From contig CAYTBZ010000001.1 in assembly GCA_964436275.1 (NCBI GenBank), positions 33,980-97,979 of the forward strand: DNA of 64,000 nt, read 5' to 3'. Shown here one piece after another: positions 19,901 through 31,793 of this stretch. A program made the translations under genes and the position numbers. How positions within the stretch are numbered: the stretch's first letter is position 1; every line of letters begins with the position of its first letter. The notes below the pieces were generated by a model that was not told the origin of the DNA, ran no database searches, and worked only from the letters and a program-made list of their open reading frames with translations. This stretch comes from an uncultured Gammaproteobacteria bacterium. GTDB lineage: Bacteria > Patescibacteriota > Patescibacteriia > UBA2591 > CAYTBZ01.

Positions 19901-21367
19901 TTAAGCAACAGGTAAATTAGGCGGCGGTTCTCCTCCTTTTTTATTCTCTTTTATTTCCGCCTCATTTTTTACTTTATTATTTTTTACTTTATTATTCTCC
20001 TTCTCCTCTTTATGATTTTTCTCCTTTGGCTCATAATTAGCAATGCGGATAACCGGCTGCCTTACTTCTTCAATAGTAGGCAGAATAACCGGGGCTTCTG
20101 CCTTTTTCACTTCTACCTTTTTAAGTAAAGGTACCTTTACCGTTTTTAAAGGAAAATGATAAATGGTGGCTAATTCTTCAGTATTAAGAATAAAATGACT
20201 GGCTACTGTATAATTGCTTCTTCGCCGATATTGATTAAGAATTTCTGTTTGTTTTTTTGCTAAAATTTTCTGGCCACGAAATCGAGGAGCAGATGTTTTT
20301 GCTTTAGAATGTGGTTTAAATCCGTTCATATCTAAAGTATTAAACTGTTGAATCGCACCTAAAACTGAGGCAACTCCTCGTGCAGCAGAGAAAACATCCT
20401 TTCTGGCTAAATAAATAACTCTAAATTTAGACTTAAAACCTAGTTTGGAAATTTTATTTTGAATTGCTTCAACTATCTTTCTTTCACCAGGAGAAAGAAA
20501 TTGCATTTGGGAAATTAAAGAACTTGACTCTTTTTTGGTTGGCGGAAATGGCCCAAAAATATGATTATGCAAAGATTCCATTAATTCAATAGGTAAATCA
20601 AAAATGCGGTCAAAAATACTTGGTTTTGATTTACTCTTTTTGCCAATCAATTTCTTTACTAATTCCTCTCCCTTCTTTTTCCATTCAGAACCAGTAGGTG
20701 TGATTAAAAGTTGCAACCAGATTTGTTCTCCTTCTCCTATCTTACTAAGCGCTTCCAATAAAGCAGCCATTGGATCTTTAAAACTTTCCTTATCTAAAGG
20801 GTCTTGAAATTGAGAATAAGTTCTAATAGGATAAGGATCTTTATTATAAAGAACTAACTCTGCTCCCCATAGATTATACTCTTCTGAAGGAAATTTTTCC
20901 GGTCCGGCATCAGTATAATCTTCTACCTCAGTAATTTCTGCTTCAGGATATTGGGCATAAATAGCTGATTCAACTAAATCACGAAGATTTCTTGGAGTTC
21001 TAATTAAAAATTGCACATATCCTTCAATACTTATCAATTCTAAACTAAAAGGAATAGGAAGAAATCCTTTGATGTTTCTCTCTATCCAGTCATAACTTTT
21101 TCTTGCCCCGGCTAATTGAGCAAACATCTGTTCTGCTGCTTTTGGACCTTGTTCATTGTCTCTTGGAACATCAATAGCAAGTAGGCAATAATCAATACTT
21201 GCTAAATATTTCTGTCTTTTATTACTTAGAATAATATTCCAAATTATTCCTAAAAGATAAAAAATAAAAATAACCCAGCCACCATGTTTAAAAATGCTCC
21301 ACATTATTACCCAAGGCGGCTGACCGCCCCATTCACTTAAAAAAGTCAAATCAATAGTTAAAGACAT
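19901..21367 (-). CDS. Membrane-anchored hypothetical protein associated with the VirD4-like ATPase
   Basis: N-terminal TM; FSLELIS, ESAIYAQYPEAEI, YPIRTY, ILNTEELATIYHFP resemble the N-terminal part of CPR T4SS-like ATPases. Confidence 0.7.
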   Translation of the reverse strand: MSLTIDLTFLSEWGGQPPWVIMWSIFKHGGWVIFIFYLLGIIWNIILSNKRQKYLASIDYCLLAIDVPRDNEQGPKAAEQMFAQLAGARKSYDWIERNIKGFLPIPFSLELISIEGYVQFLIRTPRNLRDLVESAIYAQYPEAEITEVEDYTDAGPEKFPSEEYNLWGAELVLYNKDPYPIRTYSQFQDPLDKESFKDPMAALLEALSKIGEGEQIWLQLLITPTGSEWKKKGEELVKKLIGKKSKSKPSIFDRIFDLPIELMESLHNHIFGPFPPTKKESSSLISQMQFLSPGERKIVEAIQNKISKLGFKSKFRVIYLARKDVFSAARGVASVLGAIQQFNTLDMNGFKPHSKAKTSAPRFRGQKILAKKQTEILNQYRRRSNYTVASHFILNTEELATIYHFPLKTVKVPLLKKVEVKKAEAPVILPTIEEVRQPVIRIANYEPKEKNHKEEKENNKVKNNKVKNEAEIKENKKGGEPPPNLPVA

Positions 21368-21383
21368 AATATCTTAAAAACTT

Positions 21384-22490
21384 TTATATCTTTTTTAACC
21401 GATATTTTCCTCCGGGCAATTTCTCAAACTTTTCTTTATTACCCAAAGCGACTAAAATTGTTTGTTTTTTAACTAAGCGTTGCTTTAAAACTTCATTTAT
21501 AATCTCTTCTTTAGGCAACGGTTTTTGGGCTCGTTTTAATATCTTTTCAATCAATTCGCTTACTGTTCCCGGTTCTATACCCCATTCAGCCAGTGCATAA
21601 ATACCTCGGCCGACCAGAACATATCTTATATCAGCGGTTAGATTATTCCTTACGGTTGCTTCGTGTGCTGATTGAAGAGAATAATGTTTATTAATCAACT
21701 GTACTATCTCTGTAAAATGAAGGGGTCTTTTTTCCTTTTTAAGGACATAATAAATTTTATCGCTAATTTTTCTTAACTGAACTAATCCCCAAAAACTAAA
21801 CCCCCACTCATTAAAAAGATTTTTACCCATTCTATTAGTCAGATGCAATAACGACAAAATAAATAAATCAGTAAGTTTTTTCTTATTATTTAAATAAAAT
21901 CCCGTCTGTTTGAATTTTTTGATTAGGTCACTTTCAGAAATCGGTTCTCCTTCTTTCTCTACAATTCTTACCAATTCTCTAATAGCCTTTCTGACAAAAG
22001 TTAAAGAAGCGTCTTTAAATCTCCATCCCCTTTCAAACTCTTTATCTTTTTGGAACTCTTCAATAGAGTCGTTTAAAAATTTATTTATAATGAAAATAAA
22101 AAAGTTTTTAGCCAATTTTGCTTCTCTTTCATCTTTAATTCCGAATTTTTCTAAAAGTTTATTCAAAAAAAACTCTCTTTCGGCAATACCACCTAATTTT
22201 TTCAATAAAGAAAAGATAATCTCTTTTATCTCTACCAATTCCTTAGTAAAAAGAGAGTTTTTTTGTATCTTTTTTATAGCACCTGATTCTATTTGTCTAA
22301 CCCTTTCTCGACTAATTTGATAATAATTTCCTATCTCCTGCAAACTCATTTTTGGTTTTTCTTTTTTTATTAGATCATCAGAAAGCCCATAATGAAGAAT
22401 TAAAACATCTTTTTCTCGAGATGAAAGAGAATCAAGTAAACTTAAAAAATCTTTTTTAATTTTAGAAAAAGAAATTACTTTTTTCTTCAT
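21384..22490 (-). CDS. Sigma70 region-4-like HTH protein with C-terminal winged-HTH repeats
   Basis: LSSREKDVL..SLQEIGNYYQISRERVRQIE; C-terminal RPLHFTEI, YVLVGRGIYALAEWG. Confidence 0.75.
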   Translation of the reverse strand: MKKKVISFSKIKKDFLSLLDSLSSREKDVLILHYGLSDDLIKKEKPKMSLQEIGNYYQISRERVRQIESGAIKKIQKNSLFTKELVEIKEIIFSLLKKLGGIAEREFFLNKLLEKFGIKDEREAKLAKNFFIFIINKFLNDSIEEFQKDKEFERGWRFKDASLTFVRKAIRELVRIVEKEGEPISESDLIKKFKQTGFYLNNKKKLTDLFILSLLHLTNRMGKNLFNEWGFSFWGLVQLRKISDKIYYVLKKEKRPLHFTEIVQLINKHYSLQSAHEATVRNNLTADIRYVLVGRGIYALAEWGIEPGTVSELIEKILKRAQKPLPKEEIINEVLKQRLVKKQTILVALGNKEKFEKLPGGKYRLKKI

Positions 22491-22556
22491 TTTTATAACA
22501 ATTATCTACTAATATTGCTTTTTAAATATATCATTCTTTTTAGATTGAGTCAAGGA

Positions 22557-23123
22557 TTATTCCTTCTCTTCTTTTTTCTTTCTTCCTCTAATTAGAGAAA
22601 GAAAAATAAGAGGAGAAATAGCCCAAAAAAACTTTCCTATCCCACTAAGAAACACCTTTTGGACCAGAGGGTAAAAATAAGAATATTTGTCTAAAGACAA
22701 AAAACTTAAATTTATGCTTACTAAAAAACCAACTAAGAAAAAATTAAGGATAATAATCTTTCCTAATTTTATTCTCCGAGAGAAACTATGTAAAAATTTA
22801 TAAATTACTGAGTTAAGAATGAGTAAATTTATTAAAAGAAAAAAGACCCAAAAAATAATAACTTTAACAAAAAAGGGGTGAGTAGTAAAAGAAAATTTTA
22901 GAATTTTATGACCACTTAAGGGAAGAAAATTGATAACTGCTAAAGTTAAATAAGTGCTTAAAGTCAAAATAATTATCCGACTCTTTCCTAAAATAAGAAA
23001 AAAGAAAAGAAAAATAAAAAATAGAACAAGAATAAAAAGGTTCCAATTAGGATTAGACCAATTCACCTTGGAACCTAACTCACCAAGTTTTTGACTAAAA
23101 TTCAAAGCCAATAAACCTAACAC
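22557..23123 (-). CDS. Hypothetical multi-pass membrane protein
   Basis: About 5 hydrophobic segments; downstream of dnaJ. Confidence 0.7.
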   Translation of the reverse strand: MLGLLALNFSQKLGELGSKVNWSNPNWNLFILVLFFIFLFFFLILGKSRIIILTLSTYLTLAVINFLPLSGHKILKFSFTTHPFFVKVIIFWVFFLLINLLILNSVIYKFLHSFSRRIKLGKIIILNFFLVGFLVSINLSFLSLDKYSYFYPLVQKVFLSGIGKFFWAISPLIFLSLIRGRKKKEEKE

Positions 23124-23139
23124 TTTGATAAATTTATTT

Positions 23140-24243
23140 TTATAATCCTTCGCTTCTTAATTTCTCTAAAAGTTTTTTCTGTTCTTTGGTTAATTTGCGT
23201 GGAACATCAATAAAAACTTGAATATACTCATCACCACGCCCATTTCTTTTAAGATGAGGGACCCCCTTTCCTCTTAAACGAAAAACCTTTCCATTCTCTG
23301 TATAAGGGGGAATCTTTAACCAAACTTCTCCTTCTAATGTTTTCACTTTTATTTTACCACCTAAAACAGCCAAGGAAAAGGGAATTTTTTCTTTAGCATA
23401 TAAATCATCTCCCCTTCTTTCAAAATAAGGATCTTTTTCCAGAGAAATTACCAAATATAAATTTCCATTAGGGGCGCCTACTTCCCCGGCATTGCCCTTA
23501 CCGACTATTCTAACTTTTTCACCCTCATTTATTCCTGCAGGAATTTTTACTTTTAATTCAGATAACTTTCTTACTCTTCCTTTTCCTTGACATTCTCTAC
23601 ATTTTTTTTCAGGAATCTTACCGCTTCCCTGACAACGGGGACAGGTTGTTTTTATTGAAAAATGCCCAAAAAGAGAACGATGAATCTGCTCTACCTCTCC
23701 ACGACCTCCACAAATAGGACAAATTATCATTTTACTTCCCGGTTCAACCCCGGTTCCCTGACAATGGGGACACTTCTCCCAACGCCTTAATCTAATTGAC
23801 TTCTCACATCCAAAAGCCGCTTCTTTAAGTTTTAATTTTAAAGGAAAATAAATGTCTTCTCCTCTTTTTGTCTTTCTTTCTCTAGATCGCCGGCCAAAGT
23901 TAAAAAACTCATCAAAAATATCGCCTAAACCTAAATCTTCAAAATCAAAAGAAAATCCCTCCCGACCCTCGCCAGAAGTTGCTGCCCTCATAAAATCATC
24001 CCAACTAAAACCTTTGCCAAAACCACCCATTTCTTCAAAAGTGGTTCCATAAGTATCATATTTTTTTCTTTTTTCTGGATTACCTAAAACCTGATAGGCC
24101 TCGTTTATCTCTTTAAACTTCTCTGCATCTCCTCCGGCTTTATCAGGATGATACTTGTGCGCTAAACGACGAAAAGCCCTTTTTATTTCTTCTTGGGAGG
24201 CATCTCGGGGAACACCTAAAATTTTATAATAATCTTTTGCCAT
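23140..24243 (-). CDS. dnaJ: Chaperone DnaJ
   Basis: J-domain HPD, G/F region, four CxxCxGxG repeats. Confidence 0.97.
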   Translation of the reverse strand: MAKDYYKILGVPRDASQEEIKRAFRRLAHKYHPDKAGGDAEKFKEINEAYQVLGNPEKRKKYDTYGTTFEEMGGFGKGFSWDDFMRAATSGEGREGFSFDFEDLGLGDIFDEFFNFGRRSRERKTKRGEDIYFPLKLKLKEAAFGCEKSIRLRRWEKCPHCQGTGVEPGSKMIICPICGGRGEVEQIHRSLFGHFSIKTTCPRCQGSGKIPEKKCRECQGKGRVRKLSELKVKIPAGINEGEKVRIVGKGNAGEVGAPNGNLYLVISLEKDPYFERRGDDLYAKEKIPFSLAVLGGKIKVKTLEGEVWLKIPPYTENGKVFRLRGKGVPHLKRNGRGDEYIQVFIDVPRKLTKEQKKLLEKLRSEGL

Positions 24244-24263
24244 TTATTTTTATCATTCATTAC

Positions 24264-26159
<1,896 letters not shown>

Positions 26160-26192
26160 TTATATTAATGATAAATTGTGGTTAAGAAAAAC

Positions 26193-26270
26193 CCTAGATA
26201 AGGGGAATTAACAGGGATAAACATAAATTGTTAAATCCCCTTGTCTAGGATCACCTCTGAAAAGAGGTGA
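26193..26270 (-). other. Two adjacent stem-loops in the hsp20-dnaK intergenic region
   Basis: 21-bp arms 26193-26213 / 26229-26249 (2 mismatches) and TCACCTCT-GAAA-AGAGGTGA at 26251-26270. Confidence 0.6.
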
Positions 26271-26280
26271 CCTAATTATG

Positions 26281-26751
26281 CTATTTCTTCTTCTTTGTTT
26301 TTTTCTTTCCTTCTAATGATTTCACTTTTATAGAAATTTTCTTTCCTTTTTCCTCCGGCGCTTTAGGAATTTCAATCTTTAGCAAGCCATTCTTGCAAGT
26401 AGCCACCGCCTTATTTCCAAGAACGTGGGCTGGCAAAGAAACAGAGCGATAAAAACTACCAGAACGAATTTCTTTCCGATAATAATCCTTTTCTTCCTGC
26501 TCTACCTTCTCCTCGCTTTTTCCTTTGATTGTCAGAACATCATTATCAATGGAGATATCAATATCCTCGGGCTTAACACCTGGTAAAGATGTTTCCACCA
26601 CTACCTTGTCCTTTGTCTGATAAATATTCATTGCCGGAATAAACCCAGAAACTTTTTCTGGAAATAAAGAAGACCAATCCTCAAAAAAGCGTTCCAAATC
26701 CTTTTCCCAGTCAAATGGTCTTAAAAATGGTTCCCACTTTATAATTGCCAT
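26281..26751 (-). CDS. Small heat shock protein Hsp20
   Basis: Alpha-crystallin motifs LPGVKPEDI, EIRSGSFYRSVSLP, NGLLKIEIPK. Confidence 0.93.
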   Translation of the reverse strand: MAIIKWEPFLRPFDWEKDLERFFEDWSSLFPEKVSGFIPAMNIYQTKDKVVVETSLPGVKPEDIDISIDNDVLTIKGKSEEKVEQEEKDYYRKEIRSGSFYRSVSLPAHVLGNKAVATCKNGLLKIEIPKAPEEKGKKISIKVKSLEGKKKTKKKK

Positions 26752-26824
26752 ATTTTTACCCTCCTTTATCCAGCAGATATATTGCTGGATATATTAATTA
26801 TTTATTTCAAATTCGACCTTTAAT

Positions 26825-27331
26825 TTAATGATAACTAATAATCACCTTAGCCGGCTTAATTACTTTCCCTTCCATAAGATAACCTGTCTCTACTTCCTTA
26901 ATAATTGTATCCTCCTCTAAATTATCTCTTTTTTCTTTACCTACTGCTTCATGCCTTTCTGGGTTAAATTTTTCGCCAACTGTTTTTATTTCTTCAATAT
27001 GAAATTTTTTAAATAACTCATCGAGCTGGTTTTTAATATGTTTTATTCCGATAACCCAATCATTTTCTTCTAATTCCTTAGGTAAATGATTAAATGCCTT
27101 TTTAAAATTCTCTCTCAAGGGCAAAAGTTCTAAAATAAGAGATAGATTAGCAAATTTAACAAATTCGCTTTTTCTCCTCTCTTCTTCTTTTTTAAAATTT
27201 AAGTAATCCGCTTTGGCCCTTTTCCATCCATTTAAATATTCTTCAGCCTTTTTCTTATACTCATTAAGTTTCTTCTCGCACTCACTTAACTTTTTTTTCA
27301 AATTTTCTTTGTCTTTTTTTTCTTCACTCAT
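26825..27331 (-). CDS. grpE: Nucleotide exchange factor GrpE
   Basis: RAKADYLN, GEKFNPERHEAV, GYLMEGKVIKPAKV. Confidence 0.95.
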   Translation of the reverse strand: MSEEKKDKENLKKKLSECEKKLNEYKKKAEEYLNGWKRAKADYLNFKKEEERRKSEFVKFANLSLILELLPLRENFKKAFNHLPKELEENDWVIGIKHIKNQLDELFKKFHIEEIKTVGEKFNPERHEAVGKEKRDNLEEDTIIKEVETGYLMEGKVIKPAKVIISYH

Positions 27332-27346
27332 TTTAATTTAATTATT

Positions 27347-28045
27347 TTATAATAAATTGCTTATATATTCTATTAAAGCAACATTATTATCATAATCCAT
27401 TCTCATTGGCCCGACCAGAGAAAATAAACTCTTTTCTTCTGGGAATATACGGCAGGGGGTAAAAATTATGCTGCACTCTTTACCTAAGGGATTCTCTTGA
27501 CCAATTAATATCTTTATCTTCTCTCCTTCTTCTAATCTTTGGAAAAGGAGAGAACTTTTTTCTTCTATATAATCAAGGGAAGAAAAGAGTTGACAAGGAA
27601 AATTAGAGTATTTAAATTCTGGCTTATTAGCTAAATTAGTCAAACCAGTAATATAAGCATATTCCTGATTGAAAAGAACAATAACTGCTTCTTGGGAAAT
27701 CTCAGCAACCTTTTTAGCAATTTCCTTAATTTTCTTTTCTTTTCTGTTTTTAAATTTATTTTTTATTTTCTTTAAAATCCCAAACTTATTCTCAGAAAAT
27801 TTTATTTTTTTAAGAAAATTCTTCACATAGAAATTATACCCTTTTTCTGTAGGAATACCACCAGCAGAAATGTGAGGACGATAAATATAATGGTCTTTCT
27901 CTAAAACAGCCATCTGATAGCGAACAGTTGCCGGACTTATATTTAAATGAAATTTCTTGACTAAAAGACCAGAAGAAACTGGATGAAATGTTTTGACATA
28001 TTCTGGGACAATATAAGCAAGTAGATTTTTCTTTTTATCTATCAT
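27347..28045 (-). CDS. hrcA: Heat-inducible transcription repressor HrcA (short form)
   Basis: PVSS, SPATVRYQMAVLE, PHISAGGIPTEKGY, GPMRMDY; first gene of the dnaK operon. Confidence 0.9.
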   Translation of the reverse strand: MIDKKKNLLAYIVPEYVKTFHPVSSGLLVKKFHLNISPATVRYQMAVLEKDHYIYRPHISAGGIPTEKGYNFYVKNFLKKIKFSENKFGILKKIKNKFKNRKEKKIKEIAKKVAEISQEAVIVLFNQEYAYITGLTNLANKPEFKYSNFPCQLFSSLDYIEEKSSLLFQRLEEGEKIKILIGQENPLGKECSIIFTPCRIFPEEKSLFSLVGPMRMDYDNNVALIEYISNLL

Positions 28046-28073
28046 AATTTTAATTATAAACCTTTTAGCAAAT

Positions 28074-28100
28074 TTAGCAATCTAAGATTGTGAGTGCCAA
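28074..28100. promoter_or_regulatory. CIRCE element (HrcA operator)
   Basis: TTAGCAATC-N9-GAGTGCCAA vs consensus TTAGCACTC-N9-GAGTGCTAA, between the hrcA promoter and start codon. Confidence 0.9.
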
Positions 28101-28104
28101 TTAA

Positions 28105-28134
28105 ATTATATAGGTATTCTTATTACTTTGTCAA
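28105..28134 (-). promoter_or_regulatory. Sigma70 promoter of the hrcA-dnaK operon
   Basis: Minus strand TTGACA (28134-28129), 18 bp, TATAAT (28110-28105), immediately upstream of CIRCE. Confidence 0.8.
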
Positions 28135-28149
28135 TAGATTTCTAACTTC

Positions 28150-28178
28150 TTGACTTTTTTAAAAAAATGTGATACACT
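28150..28178 (+). promoter_or_regulatory. Divergent promoter for ORF 28203
   Basis: TTGACT, 17 bp, TACACT with extended TGn. Confidence 0.6.
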
Positions 28179-28202
28179 TAAACAAATTATAAGGAGGGAA
28201 AA

Positions 28203-28652
28203 ATGAAGGGATTTAAAACTTTGTTCTTTGTCATCTTTGTCGTATTAATAATTGTTAATCTCATCAGTTTTTCTGAAAAAATAAAAACAGAACAGAAACT
28301 AAAATTGTTAAAAACGGAAATTGAAATAGAAGTTGAAGAAAGGCAAATTCTAAGCGATTCCTTGTTTATTCTCAACAATTCTTTTCTTTCTCTTTCTGAC
28401 TCTTTACGGTTTGTTTCTTCTGTTCTAAAAGAAACGCAAAACTCATTAAGGATAACGAAGACAACTATTGACTCTTTATCAGAAGTAAATTTCGGACTCC
28501 TCCTCAACTTATTTGCAACAGAAAGACTTATTTCTAAACAGAAAAAGACGATATCTTTTCTTGAATCTCTTTTGGTTATTGGAATGAAAATGGATTCTGT
28601 AGAACTAAACAGGAAACTAGACAGTTTTATCAAACCTAAAACCCCAAAATAA
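28203..28652 (+). CDS. Hypothetical protein with N-terminal TM/signal and coiled coil
   Basis: Promoter, SD AAGGAGG, hydrophobic N-terminus, terminator right after the stop. Confidence 0.7.
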   Translation: MKGFKTLFFVIFVVLIIVNLISFSEKIKTEQKLKLLKTEIEIEVEERQILSDSLFILNNSFLSLSDSLRFVSSVLKETQNSLRITKTTIDSLSEVNFGLLLNLFATERLISKQKKTISFLESLLVIGMKMDSVELNRKLDSFIKPKTPK

Positions 28653-28682
28653 AAAAGGGCCCGAGTTTATCGGGTCTCTTTT
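28653..28682. terminator. Bidirectional intrinsic terminator
   Basis: AAAAAGGGCCCGA-GTTTA-TCGGGTCTCTTTT between convergent genes. Confidence 0.65.
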
Positions 28683-28695
28683 ATTATATCAAACT

Positions 28696-29979
28696 TTATC
28701 TCCAACCTTTACCCTGACGAACTAATAACTCCCTTGCCTTCTCCGGATAAGCCATTAATTCTTTAACTATCTTTTCCATTCTCATACGTTGAGAGCCCTT
28801 GACTAAAATAACATCTCCGGACTGAATGATATTTTTTAAAAATTTAGCCGCATCATCACTTTGAAAAAAATGAAAAATTTTTTCTAAAGGCATCCCCTGC
28901 TTTCTTGCTCCTTCAATAATATTTTTAGCATTTTCTCCTACTGCTACTAAATAATCCGGGTCTAAAGAAGCAACCTTTTCTCCAACTTCAAAATGGGCTT
29001 TTGTAGAATAACTTCCTAATTCTAACATATCACCCAGAACAACGAATTTTCTTCCTTTTGAAGGTATCTTTTTCAACACATCCAAAGCCATTATCACGGC
29101 TAAAGGAGAAGCATTATAAGAATCATCAATGATAAGAGTCCTCTTTACTCCAGCAATTAATCTCATTCTTCCCGGTGGCGGATTATATTCTTTCAAGGAT
29201 TCAACAATTTCTATTAAATTCATTTTTAAAGACAAACCTACGCCAATAGCAGCTAAGGCTGCATAGGTCTGCTGTTTGCCTAAAACATATGGTAAAAATA
29301 CAGGAATAATTTTACCTTTATAGTTGATTTTAAAACGTACGCCAATTAACTCTTTACTCTCTAAAACCCCAAAGTCATTCTCCCAATCAAAAGCCATGAT
29401 ATCTGCTCGAGAAGAAAAACCATAAGTTAAAACCTTAGCATCTGTTTTATCTTTCATCTGATAAACCTTTTCATCATCAGCATTTAAAACAGCCTGACCT
29501 GAGGAAGGCAAACATTTAACTAAAACGCTCTTTTCTTGAGCAATATTCTCTAATGATTTAAAAAATTCCAAATGGACTGGCGCCACAGCAGTAACTACAC
29601 TAATTCTAGGAGGAGCAAAAGAAACCAAATATTCTAAATCACCTGGTCGATCAGCGGCCATTTCTAAAATCAAAATTTGCGGATAATTTTTTAGAGGAAA
29701 TAAAATTAATTTTTTTGCTTGCCATAAAATTTTTAACCAGCCAAAAAGAGATTTCCCGGCTGATTCAACACCTATTATCGTCAAGGGTAAACCAATTTCG
29801 TTATTATAATTCTTTTCGCTCTTTCTTACAGAAAATCTGTTTTTTAGAACAGAAAAAATTGCTTCTTTAGTTGACGTCTTTCCAACACTCCCAGTAATTC
29901 CAATAATCAATGGTTTATATTTTTTTACAATTAATTTTGCTAAAACTTTTAAAAATTTTTGGATAATTTTTTTCATCAT
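28696..29979 (-). CDS. murF: UDP-MurNAc-tripeptide:D-Ala-D-Ala ligase
   Basis: GITGSVGKTSTKE, NNEIGLPLT, DDSYNASP, LGDMLELG, LVKGS. Confidence 0.92.
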   Translation of the reverse strand: MMKKIIQKFLKVLAKLIVKKYKPLIIGITGSVGKTSTKEAIFSVLKNRFSVRKSEKNYNNEIGLPLTIIGVESAGKSLFGWLKILWQAKKLILFPLKNYPQILILEMAADRPGDLEYLVSFAPPRISVVTAVAPVHLEFFKSLENIAQEKSVLVKCLPSSGQAVLNADDEKVYQMKDKTDAKVLTYGFSSRADIMAFDWENDFGVLESKELIGVRFKINYKGKIIPVFLPYVLGKQQTYAALAAIGVGLSLKMNLIEIVESLKEYNPPPGRMRLIAGVKRTLIIDDSYNASPLAVIMALDVLKKIPSKGRKFVVLGDMLELGSYSTKAHFEVGEKVASLDPDYLVAVGENAKNIIEGARKQGMPLEKIFHFFQSDDAAKFLKNIIQSGDVILVKGSQRMRMEKIVKELMAYPEKARELLVRQGKGWR

Positions 29980-29986
29980 TTAAAAG

Positions 29987-31768
29987 TTATCTTTCTGGAG
30001 GAATTTTTTTATAATCTAAAATAAACTTGGCTATCCTACTAAAAATCGGCGTGGCTGAATCAGCAGCAAATCTTACTGCCCGAGGGTAATCTAATTTTAC
30101 CAAAATAGTAAATTGAGGATTATCTATTGGTCCAAAGCCACAAAAAGAATGAATCGTCTTATTGGGTAAATATCCCCTTCTTTCAGGATTAGAAACTAAA
30201 GCCGTTCCTGTCTTACCAGCAAGATAATACCCCTTTACTCTGGCTTTTTTCCCATATCCATTCTCTACCACAGAAACGAGCATTGCTCCTAAGGTTGAAG
30301 CAGTTTGAGAGGAGATAACCTGAGAAAGAACCTTAGGTTTGTTTTCTTCAATAATCTTTTGCTTATTTTTATCAATAATTTTTTCGACTAAATAAGGCCT
30401 CATCATTTTGCCCTGATTAGCAATGGCAGAAAAGGCAACTATTAATTGAAGAGGGGTAACACTAATTCCCTGACCAAAAGAGGCGGTAGCTGTATAAATA
30501 TCCCCTCTTTTCTTTAAAGAACTGATATCCCCCCTTGCTTCTCCCGGTAATTCAATCCCCGTTTTTTTGCCAAAACCAAATTTTTCTACGTATTTTTTAA
30601 AAATTTTTTTCCCCGTCTTTTGCACAGCAAAGATGGCTCCAGTATTTAGAGATTCCTCTAAAACTTGGGTCATTGTCTTTTTACCGTGGGCTTTTAAATC
30701 AGCATTCTTGATTGTATACTTGCCAATCTTTACCTCTCCTTTATCTTCATAAGTAGTAGTTGGAGTTAGTTTATTAGTGTCTAAAGCGGCAGCAAAGGTA
30801 ATTGCTTTAAAGACCGAACCAGGCTCGTAAGTATAAGAGACAGCTGGATTAAGAAATAAATTAATATTCTCTACTTTATTATATTCATTAGGATCAAAGT
30901 CAGGATAATTGCAAAGAGCCAAAATGGCTCCGGTCTGGGGATTCATCACAATAACTGTTCCGCTATCAGCACCGTATTTTTTTATCCCCTTTTTTAATTC
31001 TGAACAAGCAAAAAATTGAATAGGATAATCTAAGGTAAGAATAATGTCCTTGCCATCTTCCGCTTTTCTTTTAATTTCAGTAGAAATGGGTATAAACCTT
31101 CCTAAAGCATCTCTTTCCCCAACAATTAATCCTTCTTGCCCACGAAGAATTTCATCAAAATACTCTTCTATTCCATACTGCCCCACTTTTTTATCTCCTT
31201 TATAGCCAGTAAAACCTAAGATATGGCTAAATAAATCTTTATCTGGATAATAACGCGCTGGCTCAGGAAGGAAACCAATTGCTTTTTCTTTCTCTGATGA
31301 ATTCTTTCCTTTTTTAACCTTAATATCAAGTTTTTTAATCTCTTCAACCTTTTTAGATTCAACAAAGTGTTTTATTGGTTCATAAGGATCATTCTCTTTA
31401 GATAATCGCTGTAAAAGAGTATCATAAGGGACATCTAAAAGTTCGGAAAGTTTTTTTGCTGTCTCTTCAGGATCAACAATAAGTTTGGGAACAGCATAGA
31501 CCAAATATAAATCTCGATTAGTGGCTATTAAATGAAGACCGTTAGGACTTTCTGGGTCTTGAACGAAAATCTCCCCTCTTTTTGGTTCTATCGTCTTTGT
31601 AGCCCTTCTTATTTTTAATGCTTGGAGGTGATAGGTTTTATAATTCAAGACCTGAAGCTGAAAAAGCCGACCAGCAATTAAGACCCCTAAAAGAAAAAAG
31701 AAAACCGCTAAAAAAGTAATTCTTCCGGTTTTCTTTTCTCTCTTTCTTGTCCTTTTTATTCTAAACAT
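29987..31768 (-). CDS. ftsI: Class B penicillin-binding protein (FtsI/PBP3-like)
   Basis: YEPGSVFK, SLN, GKTGTA; follows mraZ-rsmH-ftsL; start re-placed at MFRIKR. Confidence 0.85.
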   Translation of the reverse strand: MFRIKRTRKREKKTGRITFLAVFFFLLGVLIAGRLFQLQVLNYKTYHLQALKIRRATKTIEPKRGEIFVQDPESPNGLHLIATNRDLYLVYAVPKLIVDPEETAKKLSELLDVPYDTLLQRLSKENDPYEPIKHFVESKKVEEIKKLDIKVKKGKNSSEKEKAIGFLPEPARYYPDKDLFSHILGFTGYKGDKKVGQYGIEEYFDEILRGQEGLIVGERDALGRFIPISTEIKRKAEDGKDIILTLDYPIQFFACSELKKGIKKYGADSGTVIVMNPQTGAILALCNYPDFDPNEYNKVENINLFLNPAVSYTYEPGSVFKAITFAAALDTNKLTPTTTYEDKGEVKIGKYTIKNADLKAHGKKTMTQVLEESLNTGAIFAVQKTGKKIFKKYVEKFGFGKKTGIELPGEARGDISSLKKRGDIYTATASFGQGISVTPLQLIVAFSAIANQGKMMRPYLVEKIIDKNKQKIIEENKPKVLSQVISSQTASTLGAMLVSVVENGYGKKARVKGYYLAGKTGTALVSNPERRGYLPNKTIHSFCGFGPIDNPQFTILVKLDYPRAVRFAADSATPIFSRIAKFILDYKKIPPER

Positions 31769-31793
31769 AATGGAAGGACAAATTATCTTTAAA

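Noticed and set aside
18311-21367. Conjugative element or ICE
   Set aside because: No integrase, relaxase, mating-pair genes or att repeats; embedded among core genes
28187-28633. 148-aa minus-strand ORF
   Set aside because: Shadow of the plus-strand ORF, which has a promoter, SD and terminator
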